From Acutalibacteraceae bacterium (GTDB lineage Bacteria > Bacillota > Clostridia > Oscillospirales > Acutalibacteraceae), in the NCBI GenBank assembly GCA_045128715.1, contig JBGVRU010000017.1, positions 18,909-82,908 of the forward strand: DNA of 64,000 bases, written 5' to 3'. The notes under the pieces were generated by a model. It saw only the letters and a list, made by a program, of their open reading frames with translations. It made no database searches and was not told the DNA's origin. The stretch's first letter is position 1. Each line of letters opens with the position of its first letter. Shown piece by piece: positions 33,646 to 43,413 of this stretch. Made by a program: the position numbers and the translations under genes.

Positions 33646-34770
33646 TTAAGATTTCCTGAAATACATAAACAGTTGGCACTTAATCATACCGTTATAAAGC
33701 TTACGGCGTTTATCGGCAGTAGAACCGAAATACTTTTCAAACTCATCATGAGGGCTTATAATATAATACTTCTGACCATCGCTGCGTACAAAACGCTCCC
33801 CCATTGTTTTATAAAGCTGCTCAGCCTCTTTAACGTCGAGCAGTCTTTCGCCGTAAGGTGGATTGGTAACTAAAAGACAACGCTCTTTAGGAGGAGTAAA
33901 ATCGTGTATATCACCTACTGAGGCCTTGACATATTTTTCAACACCTGCTTTTTTAGCGTTTGCGAGGGTGAGTTCTACACAGGCAGGGTCAATATCATAG
34001 CCTTGAGCACTGAAATCAATGTTATGGCGAATTAAATCCTGTGCGCGGGTACGTTCCTCACGCCAAATTTTTTCGTCTAAAAATCTGAAGCGCTCAGCCG
34101 CAAAATAACGACGAAGGCCTGGAGCAATATTAGCCGCCATTAATGCAGATTCAATTAGCAGGGTTCCACTGCCGCAGAAAGGATCGAAAAACAAAGTATC
34201 AGGGAAAATACGTGCCAAATCGCACATTGAAGCCGCCAAGGTTTCTTTTAACGGAGCATCGTTTGAATTACGGCGGTATCCCCTTTTGTGTAATCCGTCA
34301 CCGCTGGTATCTATCATCATAGTAACAATATTTTTATGAATCGAAAACCTTATTTTGTATTCGGGACCTGTTTCTGCAAAGCGAGTGACAGAATATTTTA
34401 ATTTAAGTCTTTCAACAATGGCTTTTTTTATAATTGATTGGCAATCGGGAATGCTGAAAAGCTGTGAATTAATGCTCCAGCCGTTTACCGGGAATGCATC
34501 GTCTTTACCGATATAATCCTCCCATGGCAGAGCCTTAACGCCGTCAAAAAGCTCTGTAAAGGTTACGGCATCAAATTCACCAACATTTATTAAGATACGT
34601 TCAGCAAACCGTGAGCATATATTAGCACGCGCCAACATATTTTGGTCACCTGAAAGTAAAACTCTGCCGTTTTCGGCGACAACCTCACTAAAACCCATTC
34701 TGCGAAATTCATCCGCTGCAATACTTTCAACACCGAATAGGCACGGTGCTACTAAATTTATTTTATTCAT
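33646..34770 (-). CDS. THUMP-domain class I SAM-dependent RNA methyltransferase (RlmL/YpsC-like)
   Basis: N-terminal THUMP-like region, SAM-binding FFDPFCGSGTLLIE, catalytic TNPPYGERL. Confidence 0.8.
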   Translation of the reverse strand: MNKINLVAPCLFGVESIAADEFRRMGFSEVVAENGRVLLSGDQNMLARANICSRFAERILINVGEFDAVTFTELFDGVKALPWEDYIGKDDAFPVNGWSINSQLFSIPDCQSIIKKAIVERLKLKYSVTRFAETGPEYKIRFSIHKNIVTMMIDTSGDGLHKRGYRRNSNDAPLKETLAASMCDLARIFPDTLFFDPFCGSGTLLIESALMAANIAPGLRRYFAAERFRFLDEKIWREERTRAQDLIRHNIDFSAQGYDIDPACVELTLANAKKAGVEKYVKASVGDIHDFTPPKERCLLVTNPPYGERLLDVKEAEQLYKTMGERFVRSDGQKYYIISPHDEFEKYFGSTADKRRKLYNGMIKCQLFMYFRKS

Positions 34771-34826
34771 AATTGACCTCTAAATAAAAAGACGGAACTG
34801 CAAAAAGCGGCTCCGCCCGAAATAAT

Positions 34827-35279
34827 TTACTTCATTGCTCCGCGTTTTGAACGCTTTGCTTCGGGATTCTTTCTCTTCAAATCAGAGAATTTCTCATCGC
34901 TGGTTTGCTTAAAACGACTCATCATCTCTTCAAAGCTGGCAGGCTCGTTTTTCTTAGGCATCCAGGTATATGAACCGTCTGGCTTGGGAGGTGGTGTATT
35001 ACGTCGCTCTCTGCGTTCACGAGGCTGTTGCTCCTGCTTTTCGCTTTCAAGAGCACGCTTTATACTTAATGAAATCTTACCGTCATCACCGATGTTTAAA
35101 ACTTTCATTTTTACAACATCGCCCACTTTTACGAATTCGTTTATATCGTTAACATAGGAACGGGCAACCTCTGAAATATGTACCAAACCCGATTTATTCT
35201 CCCCAAGATCTACAAATACACCGAAATTGGTAATACCTGTAATTTTGCCTTCAACGATTTGTCCAACATTAAGTTCCAT
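34827..35279 (-). CDS. S1 RNA-binding domain protein (YabR-like)
   Basis: GQIVEGKITGITNFGVFVDLGENKSGLVHISEV S1 fold followed by a basic/acidic tail. Confidence 0.8.
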   Translation of the reverse strand: MELNVGQIVEGKITGITNFGVFVDLGENKSGLVHISEVARSYVNDINEFVKVGDVVKMKVLNIGDDGKISLSIKRALESEKQEQQPRERRERRNTPPPKPDGSYTWMPKKNEPASFEEMMSRFKQTSDEKFSDLKRKNPEAKRSKRGAMK

Positions 35280-35316
35280 AAAGAAAAGAAATCCCCCTCA
35301 AAATTGCTTTAATATA

Positions 35317-35607
35317 CTAACTGCCTGAGTAGTCAATAAAAACCTGTTCATTTGAATAAATATAACCCAAACGTTCACGGGCAGCCTTTTCGATTATCTG
35401 TTGGTTAGATTCGGAATCAAGCATAGAACGCAATTCCTCAATATCATTTTGCTCTGCCACATATTGTTCGTTTAGCTGTGAAAGCTCTTTGCGTTTTTCA
35501 TTCAGATCGCTCCAAAGATCTGTTAACGTAACAGAAAAGTATGCACAGACTCCTAAAATAAAAAGCCGCAAAATAACGCTTTTATTCTTTTTAGTCTTAT
35601 GTTTCAT
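35317..35607 (-). CDS. divIC: septum formation initiator family protein (DivIC/FtsB-like)
   Basis: Single N-terminal TM helix, a coiled coil (LSQLNEQYVAEQNDIEELRSML) and ARERLGY; lies in the yabP-yabQ-divIC gene order. Confidence 0.7.
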   Translation of the reverse strand: MKHKTKKNKSVILRLFILGVCAYFSVTLTDLWSDLNEKRKELSQLNEQYVAEQNDIEELRSMLDSESNQQIIEKAARERLGYIYSNEQVFIDYSGS

Positions 35608-35668
35608 TAATAATCGAGCTCCGTATATTAAATTACCTGCTTAGTATACAACAATCACTGTTGCTTTT

Positions 35669-36115
35669 TCAAGAGTTTTTTAAAGTATTTGAAGCTTTTT
35701 TCAAAAAAAATGCAGTTTTTTTGTATTTTTTTCCAAGAGAGACTTCTATAGCTATTATAATCTTATTAAATACTCTAGCAATAAAGTTAAAAAAGCAAGA
35801 AAAGGCGACAAAAACTTTGGACAACAAAAGCACAAGAATTTTAGAAAGTGTGAGCTTAAAGCTGAAAAAACCAATAATTATTCCAAAAATAATATAAAAT
35901 CTTACTTCACCGTTAGTAGTGGCTAAAAGAAATAGAAAAATTACAGGCGAGGCTATAATAAAAAAGAAAATATCTTGAAAGAAAATCGCAATATCGGAAT
36001 TAAGACCTGCTTTTCTTAACGACGAGAGAACATCATAAAAAACACTTAAAATAACGCCCGTAATTATTGACCATAAAAAGCAAACCGTTTGCAGACTGTT
36101 ACTGATTTCCCACAT
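35669..36115 (-). CDS. yabQ: spore cortex biosynthesis protein YabQ
   Basis: About 150-aa polytopic membrane protein immediately downstream of yabP; conserved synteny. Confidence 0.6.
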   Translation of the reverse strand: MWEISNSLQTVCFLWSIITGVILSVFYDVLSSLRKAGLNSDIAIFFQDIFFFIIASPVIFLFLLATTNGEVRFYIIFGIIIGFFSFKLTLSKILVLLLSKVFVAFSCFFNFIARVFNKIIIAIEVSLGKKYKKTAFFLKKASNTLKNS

Positions 36116-36118
36116 AAT

Positions 36119-36403
36119 CTATTTAAACAGTCTGGAAAAAAATCCGCTGCCTTTCTCCTCTGCTGTGTATACAATGGCATTAACTTTGCCTTCACCTGCA
36201 AGATCACCTGTTTCGGCTTCAAAGGTTTGTATATGAAGTCCCATACCTTTAATAACTAAGGTACCCTGCGTGCTATCTAACATCACGGTTTCTTCATCAA
36301 AGGATATAACATCTTTTACACCGCTGAGGGTGAATTTTTTTCTGTTCTCAATAATGATGTTATTATTACTGCGTAAATTTTCTTCCAAAATAAAACACTC
36401 CAA
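36119..36403 (-). CDS. yabP: sporulation protein YabP
   Basis: IIENRKKFTLSGVKDVISFDEETVMLDSTQGTLVIKG matches the YabP/YqfC-type repeat. Confidence 0.75.
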   Translation of the reverse strand: MECFILEENLRSNNNIIIENRKKFTLSGVKDVISFDEETVMLDSTQGTLVIKGMGLHIQTFEAETGDLAGEGKVNAIVYTAEEKGSGFFSRLFK

Positions 36404-36456
36404 AATACATACTGAAGCAAACTGCTACAGTAAAATATATTTAAGGAATGCTTTTC

Positions 36457-36699
36457 TTATTCAATAATTTTGTAAAGACCTTCGGCGTCTTCTTTTTTTA
36501 CGGTTTCAGCAACGGATATTACTTGAGCTTTAAAGTTTTTGGCGCCAAAAGTAATTTCTATAATGTCATTTACCTTAACATCATAAGATGCTCTTGCAGC
36601 CTTACCGTTAACAATTACTCTGCCCGCATCGCAAGCTTCGTTAGCAACGGTTCTGCGTTTAATAATTCTTGAAACCTTTAAGAATTTATCTAATCTCAT
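36457..36699 (-). CDS. S4-domain RNA-binding protein (YabO/Hsp15-like)
   Basis: MRLDKFLKVSRIIKRRTVANEACDAGRVIVNGK is an S4 motif. Confidence 0.8.
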   Translation of the reverse strand: MRLDKFLKVSRIIKRRTVANEACDAGRVIVNGKAARASYDVKVNDIIEITFGAKNFKAQVISVAETVKKEDAEGLYKIIE

Positions 36700-36710
36700 A
36701 TAATCACCTA

Positions 36711-36738
36711 AAAAATAAGCCGCCCATAAGGCGGCTTA
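36711..36738 (-). terminator. rho-independent terminator after hup
   Basis: TAAGCCGCC / GGCGGCTTA stem followed by a T-run on the minus strand. Confidence 0.8.
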
Positions 36739-36744
36739 CAAAAA

Positions 36745-37017
36745 TTACTTTATAGCGTCTTTAAGAGCTTTACCTGCTTTGAAAGAGGGGTTTTTAGAAG
36801 CAGCGATCTTGATTTTAGCGCCGGAATGGGGATTAATGCCTTCTCTAGCAGCACGCTCTTTAACAGCGAAAGTACCAAAGCCTACGAGCTGAATCTTTTC
36901 ACCTTTCTTGAGTTCGGTAGCTACGGTGTCGATAAAAGCAGCGAGAGCCTTATCTGCATCCTTCTTAGCAATACCTGCTTTCTCAGCAATAGCAGCAACT
37001 AATTCTGTTTTGTTCAT
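36745..37017 (-). CDS. hup: HU family DNA-binding protein
   Basis: [13 protein letters not shown]...GFGTF...RAAREGINP...; ATG 37017 follows RBS GGAGG. Confidence 0.9.
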   Translation of the reverse strand: MNKTELVAAIAEKAGIAKKDADKALAAFIDTVATELKKGEKIQLVGFGTFAVKERAAREGINPHSGAKIKIAASKNPSFKAGKALKDAIK

Positions 37018-37160
37018 AACCAAAACCTCCATAATTTTTTAACATAATCGTTACTAATAATCCTTGCACATAATTGTACTATTTAAATTTACCATACTTT
37101 ATTTAAAAAATCAATAGATTTTGGTTGATTTTTTTAAAAAAACAACCAAAAGCTATATTT

Positions 37161-38876
37161 TTAATTGTTTTTTCCTGTTTTTTTAGCTTTAAAACCGTAA
37201 AATAGCTTTAAAATTTTGTTAATTACAGGTGTTTCTGCGATTTCGTCATAAGTAAAAACCTTTAAAATAACAGTAAAAATAACATAAACCAGAACGGCTG
37301 CAACCACAGATAATACAGTAATAACGGAAGATTCACCGATAAGCGAAACTGCAAAAGCTACCGCCCCGCAAATAGCCGAACAAATTATAGGCTTTATAAA
37401 TATATCGGTAACACTTGGTAAACTGTCTAATGTTTTAAATACAGATATAATATTAAGTGTAAAAATAATAATAAAGCACAAAACGGTTGATATTACCGAA
37501 CCGTAAATATTAAGAGCAGGTATACCGCAGAGCAACAGATTAAAAATTACTTTTACAGTAACTCCTATTACCACATTCTTAAGCGCTGAATTTTGATTGT
37601 CTACGGCTTGCAAAATATTGCCCATAACAACCGAAATACCTGATAAAGCAGAAGCTATACCGAACAGTAACAGCATTTTTCCTCCTATTACAGAAGAATT
37701 ACTTTCGCCGTAAATCAAGAACATTATTTCTTTATTTAAAGCAATGAAACCTATTCCTGCAGGAAAGCTTATTACGGCAGATATCTTTAAAAGTTTGCAG
37801 CAATTTTTAATAAGCGTAGGCTTGTCCCCTGTTTTGAAAGCCATTGATATATGAGGAACTGCACTTACACCTAAAAAGGCTGTCAAAGTTGGAACAATGT
37901 TATAAAGTGTATAAGCCTTACTGCGAATACCGTAAAGAAATGTCGGCAAAGTGGTAGCTTCAATAAGCTCTCCACTCGTTTTACCGAATTCATTTATTGA
38001 GCTTGCAAATATATTCGCGAAATAAGTATAATCATCTGCTAACAATCCTGATAACTGCCATCTTACGGTAATGCTGTCTATAAGACCTATTATATTACCT
38101 GAAAATGAATACAGAGCTATAGGTAATGCTATTATTACTATTCTTTTTAGAAAATCTTTGTCACATAAATCGGATTTCTTAGATTCTTGCCCAATATATC
38201 TGTTGTTTTTATAGCTTATATGAAGATAAATACAGGAAAAAACAGTGCCTAATGTAATACCGCACAAAGCTGCTGCAGCGGCAAGCGCCGCATTGTTTGT
38301 AAGCTTTATGGTGAAAAAAGCAAAGGAAAATCCCAAAATAAGCTTTGAAAGGGCTTCTATAAGGCTGGAAACAGACGGTGTTATCATATTTGAAAGTCCT
38401 TCAAAATACCCTCTGTAAGCGGATGAAAGGCAACAAAACGCAAAGGACGGTATAATAGCTAAATAGCAGTAAATACTGTTCTTTGCGGTATCCGTAGCAT
38501 AAGTAAAAGAAGCTATAAGAATTAAGGAAATTAAAGAAAGCTCAATTCCAAAAATTAAAAACAGTTTTCTCGAAATGCAAAATACCTTATTTATTTTTTC
38601 GGTATTTTTAGACGAATAATGTTCTGAAACTACTTTTGAAACTGCAATAGGAAGACCTGAAACAGAAAGTAAAATAATAGGACTTATAAGGTCATAAGCA
38701 ATAGAAAAATAGCCAAAACCCAAATCGCCCAAACAAAAATCCGATGAGAGCGGAATTTTGAATAAAGCTCCTATAAGCTTTGTAAGAATTGCAGTAAATA
38801 ATAAAATAAACGCTCCCTGTTCAAAGGTTTGTTTTTTATAATTAGATTTTATCATAACGTTATAAATCAATTTCAA
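37161..38876 (-). CDS. MOP-superfamily flippase, SpoVB-like (stage V sporulation protein B / polysaccharide biosynthesis protein)
   Basis: 571 aa, about 14 TM segments, N-terminal FEQGAFILLFTAILTKLIGALFKIPL typical of SpoVB/MurJ-like flippases. Confidence 0.6.
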   Translation of the reverse strand: MKLIYNVMIKSNYKKQTFEQGAFILLFTAILTKLIGALFKIPLSSDFCLGDLGFGYFSIAYDLISPIILLSVSGLPIAVSKVVSEHYSSKNTEKINKVFCISRKLFLIFGIELSLISLILIASFTYATDTAKNSIYCYLAIIPSFAFCCLSSAYRGYFEGLSNMITPSVSSLIEALSKLILGFSFAFFTIKLTNNAALAAAAALCGITLGTVFSCIYLHISYKNNRYIGQESKKSDLCDKDFLKRIVIIALPIALYSFSGNIIGLIDSITVRWQLSGLLADDYTYFANIFASSINEFGKTSGELIEATTLPTFLYGIRSKAYTLYNIVPTLTAFLGVSAVPHISMAFKTGDKPTLIKNCCKLLKISAVISFPAGIGFIALNKEIMFLIYGESNSSVIGGKMLLLFGIASALSGISVVMGNILQAVDNQNSALKNVVIGVTVKVIFNLLLCGIPALNIYGSVISTVLCFIIIFTLNIISVFKTLDSLPSVTDIFIKPIICSAICGAVAFAVSLIGESSVITVLSVVAAVLVYVIFTVILKVFTYDEIAETPVINKILKLFYGFKAKKTGKNN

Positions 38877-39570
38877 TAACAGCTTTTATAAGCTTGATTA
38901 TATAATCTGAAAGAAGTGTTTCGTCGGATGTATTCATTTCTCTGTAGCTGTCAACAGCATCGTCACCGGCATCATCAGAAATACGACGAAGGCTTAGGAA
39001 CGGAACATCTGCAAAATTACAAACATAAGCAATAGCGGCGGTTTCCATATCACATGACATTGCGCCGAATTCTTTTTTAAGTGTATTTCTTACCTCACTG
39101 TCGCAGATAAATCTGTCACCCGTAACTGCTGTCCCGTATTTAGCCTGAGGTAATATTTTTCCCGCTAATTCGAGCAAGAATTTATCTGCCTCATATATAT
39201 ATTTTTGAGAAGGTTTTTCACAAAGCTTATAGCCGATACCTGTAAGGTCGAAATCATGCTCCAAAAAGCGCTCGCAAAGGCATAATTCATTTCTTTTGAT
39301 TTCGCTGATACCGCCTGATAAGCCGTAATTGAATATATAGTTGCATCCAATATCAACCAAATGTGTAGCAACAGCAGCGGCATTTACCTTACCAATTCCG
39401 CAAAGAAGCGATATAACCTCTGCTTTGCCGTTTTCGGTATTTACATAAAATCTGTGTCCCGAACGTCCTAAAAAGCTATAGTCAGAATATTCACCCGACT
39501 CAATAAGCTCTGTTAAGGGCTTATATTCATCATTATCGGCAACAATAATTCCGATTTTAATGTCCTTCAT
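38860..39570 (-). CDS. mtnN: 5'-methylthioadenosine/S-adenosylhomocysteine nucleosidase (PNP_UDP_1 family)
   Basis: IGIIVA...CGIGKVNAA...CDMETAAIA motifs. Confidence 0.7.
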   Translation of the reverse strand: MKDIKIGIIVADNDEYKPLTELIESGEYSDYSFLGRSGHRFYVNTENGKAEVISLLCGIGKVNAAAVATHLVDIGCNYIFNYGLSGGISEIKRNELCLCERFLEHDFDLTGIGYKLCEKPSQKYIYEADKFLLELAGKILPQAKYGTAVTGDRFICDSEVRNTLKKEFGAMSCDMETAAIAYVCNFADVPFLSLRRISDDAGDDAVDSYREMNTSDETLLSDYIIKLIKAVIEIDL

Positions 39571-39571
39571 T

Positions 39572-39940
39572 TTAATCTTCCTTTACAAGCTTTGCACCGC
39601 AGGAACTGCAGAAAGCCGAGTCATCCTTAACATAAGATTCGCAGTGCGGGCATACCTTCATATTTTTGGTTGCATTAATTTCATCTTTAAGCTGCTTAAT
39701 TAGATCATTCTTTTCGTTGATTTGGCTGATTAAATCTTTAATTACGGCATCCTCAAGCTCAGCATCCTTTACAGCTTCATAATAAAGCTTACCTAAGGCC
39801 TCAAAATCCTTATTTCGCTTGTTTTCGATAGCAACAATATCAAACTTTTGCTTTTGGGTAGTAACAACCTCATTGGTCTTTTTGCGGGCAATATCAAATG
39901 CCTCTTTAGCCTTATTTACTGCATTGTCTAAAAAATCCAT
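39572..39940 (-). CDS. coiled-coil protein with C-terminal zinc ribbon
   Basis: CPHCESYV...CSSCGAKL CxxC pairs; the remainder is a predicted helical coiled coil. Confidence 0.6.
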   Translation of the reverse strand: MDFLDNAVNKAKEAFDIARKKTNEVVTTQKQKFDIVAIENKRNKDFEALGKLYYEAVKDAELEDAVIKDLISQINEKNDLIKQLKDEINATKNMKVCPHCESYVKDDSAFCSSCGAKLVKED

Positions 39941-39967
39941 ATTTTTTCCTCCGTAAATATAATTTGA

Positions 39968-40900
39968 TTAAAATTTGTTAAAAATCCCGTCTCCAATAAA
40001 TTCACGTATCAGAGAGGTTTGGGGTACTAACGAGCGGTCAATAGAGTTGAATTTTTCAAGAGCTTGTGCGGTACGCATAAAATATTCATAGCATACTGTT
40101 CCCTCGTTAAGCTCATCACGCAACTTTAAAATTTCATCTCTGTAAACACAGGGTTCATAAATATGCAGTGTTTTGATTCGCACATCGGCGGTATTTTTAA
40201 AACAGTAAAGGTATTTCCGCTCTCCCGCAACAACACCGTTCCATAAAGACAAGGTATCTTTCAGCAGAGTTCCCCTGAAAACACGGTCTCTGAGAGCTCG
40301 TCTTGCCAAACGTATCTGACGGCTGGATAACAGCTGTTCACCGAAATTATCTTCAATAGAACAATTAACGCTGATGTACATTTTAAAAATATTTTCCCTT
40401 GGTGCTAAATCCGTTATTACGGGGTTAAGTGCGTGAAGTCCCTCAGCGATAATAATACCACGCTCACCTACATCTGCAAATCGGTCATTTATAATGCTAT
40501 TCTTATTAGCAAAATCGTATCTGGGCAGCATAGTCTTACCATTTGTAATAATTTCAGTAAAGCACTTTTTTATAAGTTCAGTATTAAGGGAAGCTACTGA
40601 TTCAATATCTCTTGAGCCATTTTCTAAAACAGGCAGCAACTCATAAGGTAAATAAAAATCATCAAGAGAAACTACAACGGTTTTTTCACCTAATTCTTCC
40701 AAACGCTTACATAGAATATGCGCGGTTGTGGTTTTACCCGAACCTGACGGTCCTGCAAGGGCTACAATTTTAATTGCATCATTATCGGCAATAGTTTGTG
40801 CGGTATTATAAATTTCTTTAATATATTGTTCTTCAGCTTGTTTTATAAGCTTTTCGGGCTCCAATGCAGCCTTATTAATTTCACCTACTGTATTTATCAT
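39968..40900 (-). CDS. P-loop nucleoside/uridine kinase-like protein
   Basis: Walker A GPSGSGKTTTA and a PRK/uridine kinase-like layout. Confidence 0.55.
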   Translation of the reverse strand: MINTVGEINKAALEPEKLIKQAEEQYIKEIYNTAQTIADNDAIKIVALAGPSGSGKTTTAHILCKRLEELGEKTVVVSLDDFYLPYELLPVLENGSRDIESVASLNTELIKKCFTEIITNGKTMLPRYDFANKNSIINDRFADVGERGIIIAEGLHALNPVITDLAPRENIFKMYISVNCSIEDNFGEQLLSSRQIRLARRALRDRVFRGTLLKDTLSLWNGVVAGERKYLYCFKNTADVRIKTLHIYEPCVYRDEILKLRDELNEGTVCYEYFMRTAQALEKFNSIDRSLVPQTSLIREFIGDGIFNKF

Positions 40901-42341
40901 AAAACTCTGTAATTGCCTTCTTTCTTGAAATCAGTTCCTGGAAACGGTCAATATATTCGTATGGGTATTTAAAATTAAAAATTCTTTCGATATACTCACC
41001 ATTAGGCTCTCTGAGCTTTGTTACAGCCGAAGCGCCGCAAGCTAAAATTGTATGCGTTTCGTCCATAATATAAACATTGTAAAGACACTCATATCCTATT
41101 TTAGCATATCCAACATTTTCAAGATTACCTACTGTTTTGCTCTGCCTATACATATAATACGGTATTATATCGTTTTCTGCTAATTTATCGTGAGCAAAAT
41201 CTACCATATAAGAGGCCATAATACCTGTTTCGGTTTCTGGTAAAAGGCCTTTTATATTAAGCTCTGACGACCTTTTCATTGACAGTGAATGAACTGTAAC
41301 GCTCTCAGGGTTTAATTCCAAAATCTTTTTAATTGTATTCTCAAAGCTTTCGGGTGTATCTGTAGGAAGACCTGCAATCAAGTCAGTATTTATATTGTTA
41401 AAACCAACTTTTCGTGCCATTTTAAAGGCTTCTACGGTTTCTTCTGCGGTGTGTTTTCTGCCGATAACTTTCAATACGTCGTTGTTCATAGTTTGCGGAT
41501 TAATACTTATCCTTGTAGCACCGTAATTTTTAATAACCGAAAGCTTTTCTTCGGTTATGGTGTCAGGTCTACCCGCCTCCACCGTATATTCCCTTAAATT
41601 ATGTAAATTAAAATTAACCATAACAGTATTCATAATTTTTTGGAGGGCATCAGCAGAAAGCGATGTAGGAGTACCGCCGCCTATATAAACAGTTTCGAGC
41701 TTTAAACCAAGTTTATTAGCGATATCAGCTGTAATTTTTAGTTCCTCGCATAATGTATCAACATACTGTGGCATTAGCCTTTTTGCACTGTCAACTGAAT
41801 GCGATACAAAGGAACAGTAAGTACACCTTGTAGGGCAGAAAGGAATCGAAATATAAAGACTGAATGAATTCGGAGTGGAAAGCGAAGTAATTTTTTCTTC
41901 CCTTAAAAAAGTTTCCTTGCAAAGCGACAACTTTTTGTTGCAGATTTTTAAGGTGTTTTTGAAATATTGCTCGGTTTTTTCAGCACCGTCAGCTTTAACA
42001 AGCCGAGAGTAAAGCTTTGCAGGGCGAACACCTGTTAAAATCCCCCACTGCGGAGTATAACCAGATGCTTTTATAAAGCATTCAAAAAGACTAAGTGCCA
42101 ACTTTAATTCACTTTCTTTTTTAGTATCCTTTGCAGCAGGGTTAATTTCTGCTTCTTCCTCAAAAACTGTACCGTTTAAGTAGAGGGTGGATACTGCCTT
42201 ATTACTGTAAAGCTTAGTAACAGCTGAACGGTCGCTTAAATTTTCGGTTTCAAAAAATTCTATTTTTTCAAAAGGTAAGAATATTCTTACAAGCTTTTCA
42301 AGTTCATACCTGAAAGAATGATTTATAAAACAAAGATTCAT
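40881..42341 (-). CDS. hemZ: radical SAM coproporphyrinogen-III oxidase-like protein (HemZ/HemN family)
   Basis: CPTRCTYCSF radical SAM cluster motif; GGGTPT; 486 aa. Confidence 0.65.
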   Translation of the reverse strand: MNLCFINHSFRYELEKLVRIFLPFEKIEFFETENLSDRSAVTKLYSNKAVSTLYLNGTVFEEEAEINPAAKDTKKESELKLALSLFECFIKASGYTPQWGILTGVRPAKLYSRLVKADGAEKTEQYFKNTLKICNKKLSLCKETFLREEKITSLSTPNSFSLYISIPFCPTRCTYCSFVSHSVDSAKRLMPQYVDTLCEELKITADIANKLGLKLETVYIGGGTPTSLSADALQKIMNTVMVNFNLHNLREYTVEAGRPDTITEEKLSVIKNYGATRISINPQTMNNDVLKVIGRKHTAEETVEAFKMARKVGFNNINTDLIAGLPTDTPESFENTIKKILELNPESVTVHSLSMKRSSELNIKGLLPETETGIMASYMVDFAHDKLAENDIIPYYMYRQSKTVGNLENVGYAKIGYECLYNVYIMDETHTILACGASAVTKLREPNGEYIERIFNFKYPYEYIDRFQELISRKKAITEFYDKYSR

Positions 42342-42350
42342 ATATTTTCC

Positions 42351-42959
42351 TTAAATAAATGGATTGTATTGTCTTTCTAAGGCTACGGTAGTTCCCTCTC
42401 CGTGACCTGAAAGAACTGTAATGTCACCGTCTAGAGTGAGTATTTTATCAATTGATTTTCTAAGTGCCACAAAATCGCCTCCTGGGAAATCCGTTCTTCC
42501 TACTGACCGAGAGAATAAAGTGTCACCCGAAAAGAGAATATCTTCAATAAAATAGCATACACCCCCAACAGTATGACCAGGGGTAAATAAAACTTTGATT
42601 TTTATATCCCCGACGGTAATTTCTTCATTGTCCGCAAGTAAAATATCAGCTGAAAAAGGCAAAATATGCGCGTGAAAACGGTCGGAAAGATTAAAAGAGC
42701 AGTCACTTAAAGCGAAATTTTCATTTTCGCCTATAGCGATTTTCGTATTTGTAGCTTCGCGCAATAAGGGAGCGGCACCTATATGATCAAAGTGAGCGTG
42801 AGTTAAAAGTATAAGTCTTTCTTTATCAGAATTCAAAAGCAAAAAATCCTCAACAGCTTGCGATTTGAAGCCTGGGTCAATAACTAAAGCGGCTTTTTCG
42901 GTTGAAACCAAGTAACAGTTAGTCCCGATATGACCTAATGTTAAAGCTTTAATTTCCAT
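42351..42959 (-). CDS. MBL-fold metallo-hydrolase
   Basis: LTHAHFDHIGA metal-binding motif and TPGHTVGG. Start placed at ATG 42959. Confidence 0.8.
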   Translation of the reverse strand: MEIKALTLGHIGTNCYLVSTEKAALVIDPGFKSQAVEDFLLLNSDKERLILLTHAHFDHIGAAPLLREATNTKIAIGENENFALSDCSFNLSDRFHAHILPFSADILLADNEEITVGDIKIKVLFTPGHTVGGVCYFIEDILFSGDTLFSRSVGRTDFPGGDFVALRKSIDKILTLDGDITVLSGHGEGTTVALERQYNPFI

Positions 42960-43413
42960 TTTTTCTCCAAATCTCGGTATCAAAAATTATAGTGACAGGT
43001 CCGTCATTTACAAGACTTACCTTCATATCAGCACCGAAAATGCCTTCGGCAACCTTTTTAATACCCATCTCACGAAGCTTTTCACAGTATTGCTTATAAA
43101 GCTTTTCAGCATTTACAGGCTCCATTGCATTTATAAAAGAGGGCCTATTACCTTTTTTAACGTCTGCCAATAAGGTAAATTGAGAAATCGCTAAAATTTC
43201 ACCCTTCAAATCAAGTAGGGATAAATTCATTTTATCGTTTTCATCACAGAAAACCCTTAAATTTGCGGTCTTTTTAGCCAGAATTTCAACATCCTCTATG
43301 GTGTCACCCTCTGCCGCGCCAAAAAGCACCAAAAATCCTTTACCGCATTCGCCTACAATTTTACCTTCTACCTCAACTGAGGCGGAAGACACCCTTTGAA
43401 TTACAGCTTTCAT
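42949..43413 (-). CDS. dtd: D-aminoacyl-tRNA deacylase
   Basis: MKAVIQRV N-terminus, SQFTLLAD, GNRPSF motifs. Confidence 0.9.
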   Translation of the reverse strand: MKAVIQRVSSASVEVEGKIVGECGKGFLVLFGAAEGDTIEDVEILAKKTANLRVFCDENDKMNLSLLDLKGEILAISQFTLLADVKKGNRPSFINAMEPVNAEKLYKQYCEKLREMGIKKVAEGIFGADMKVSLVNDGPVTIIFDTEIWRKNGN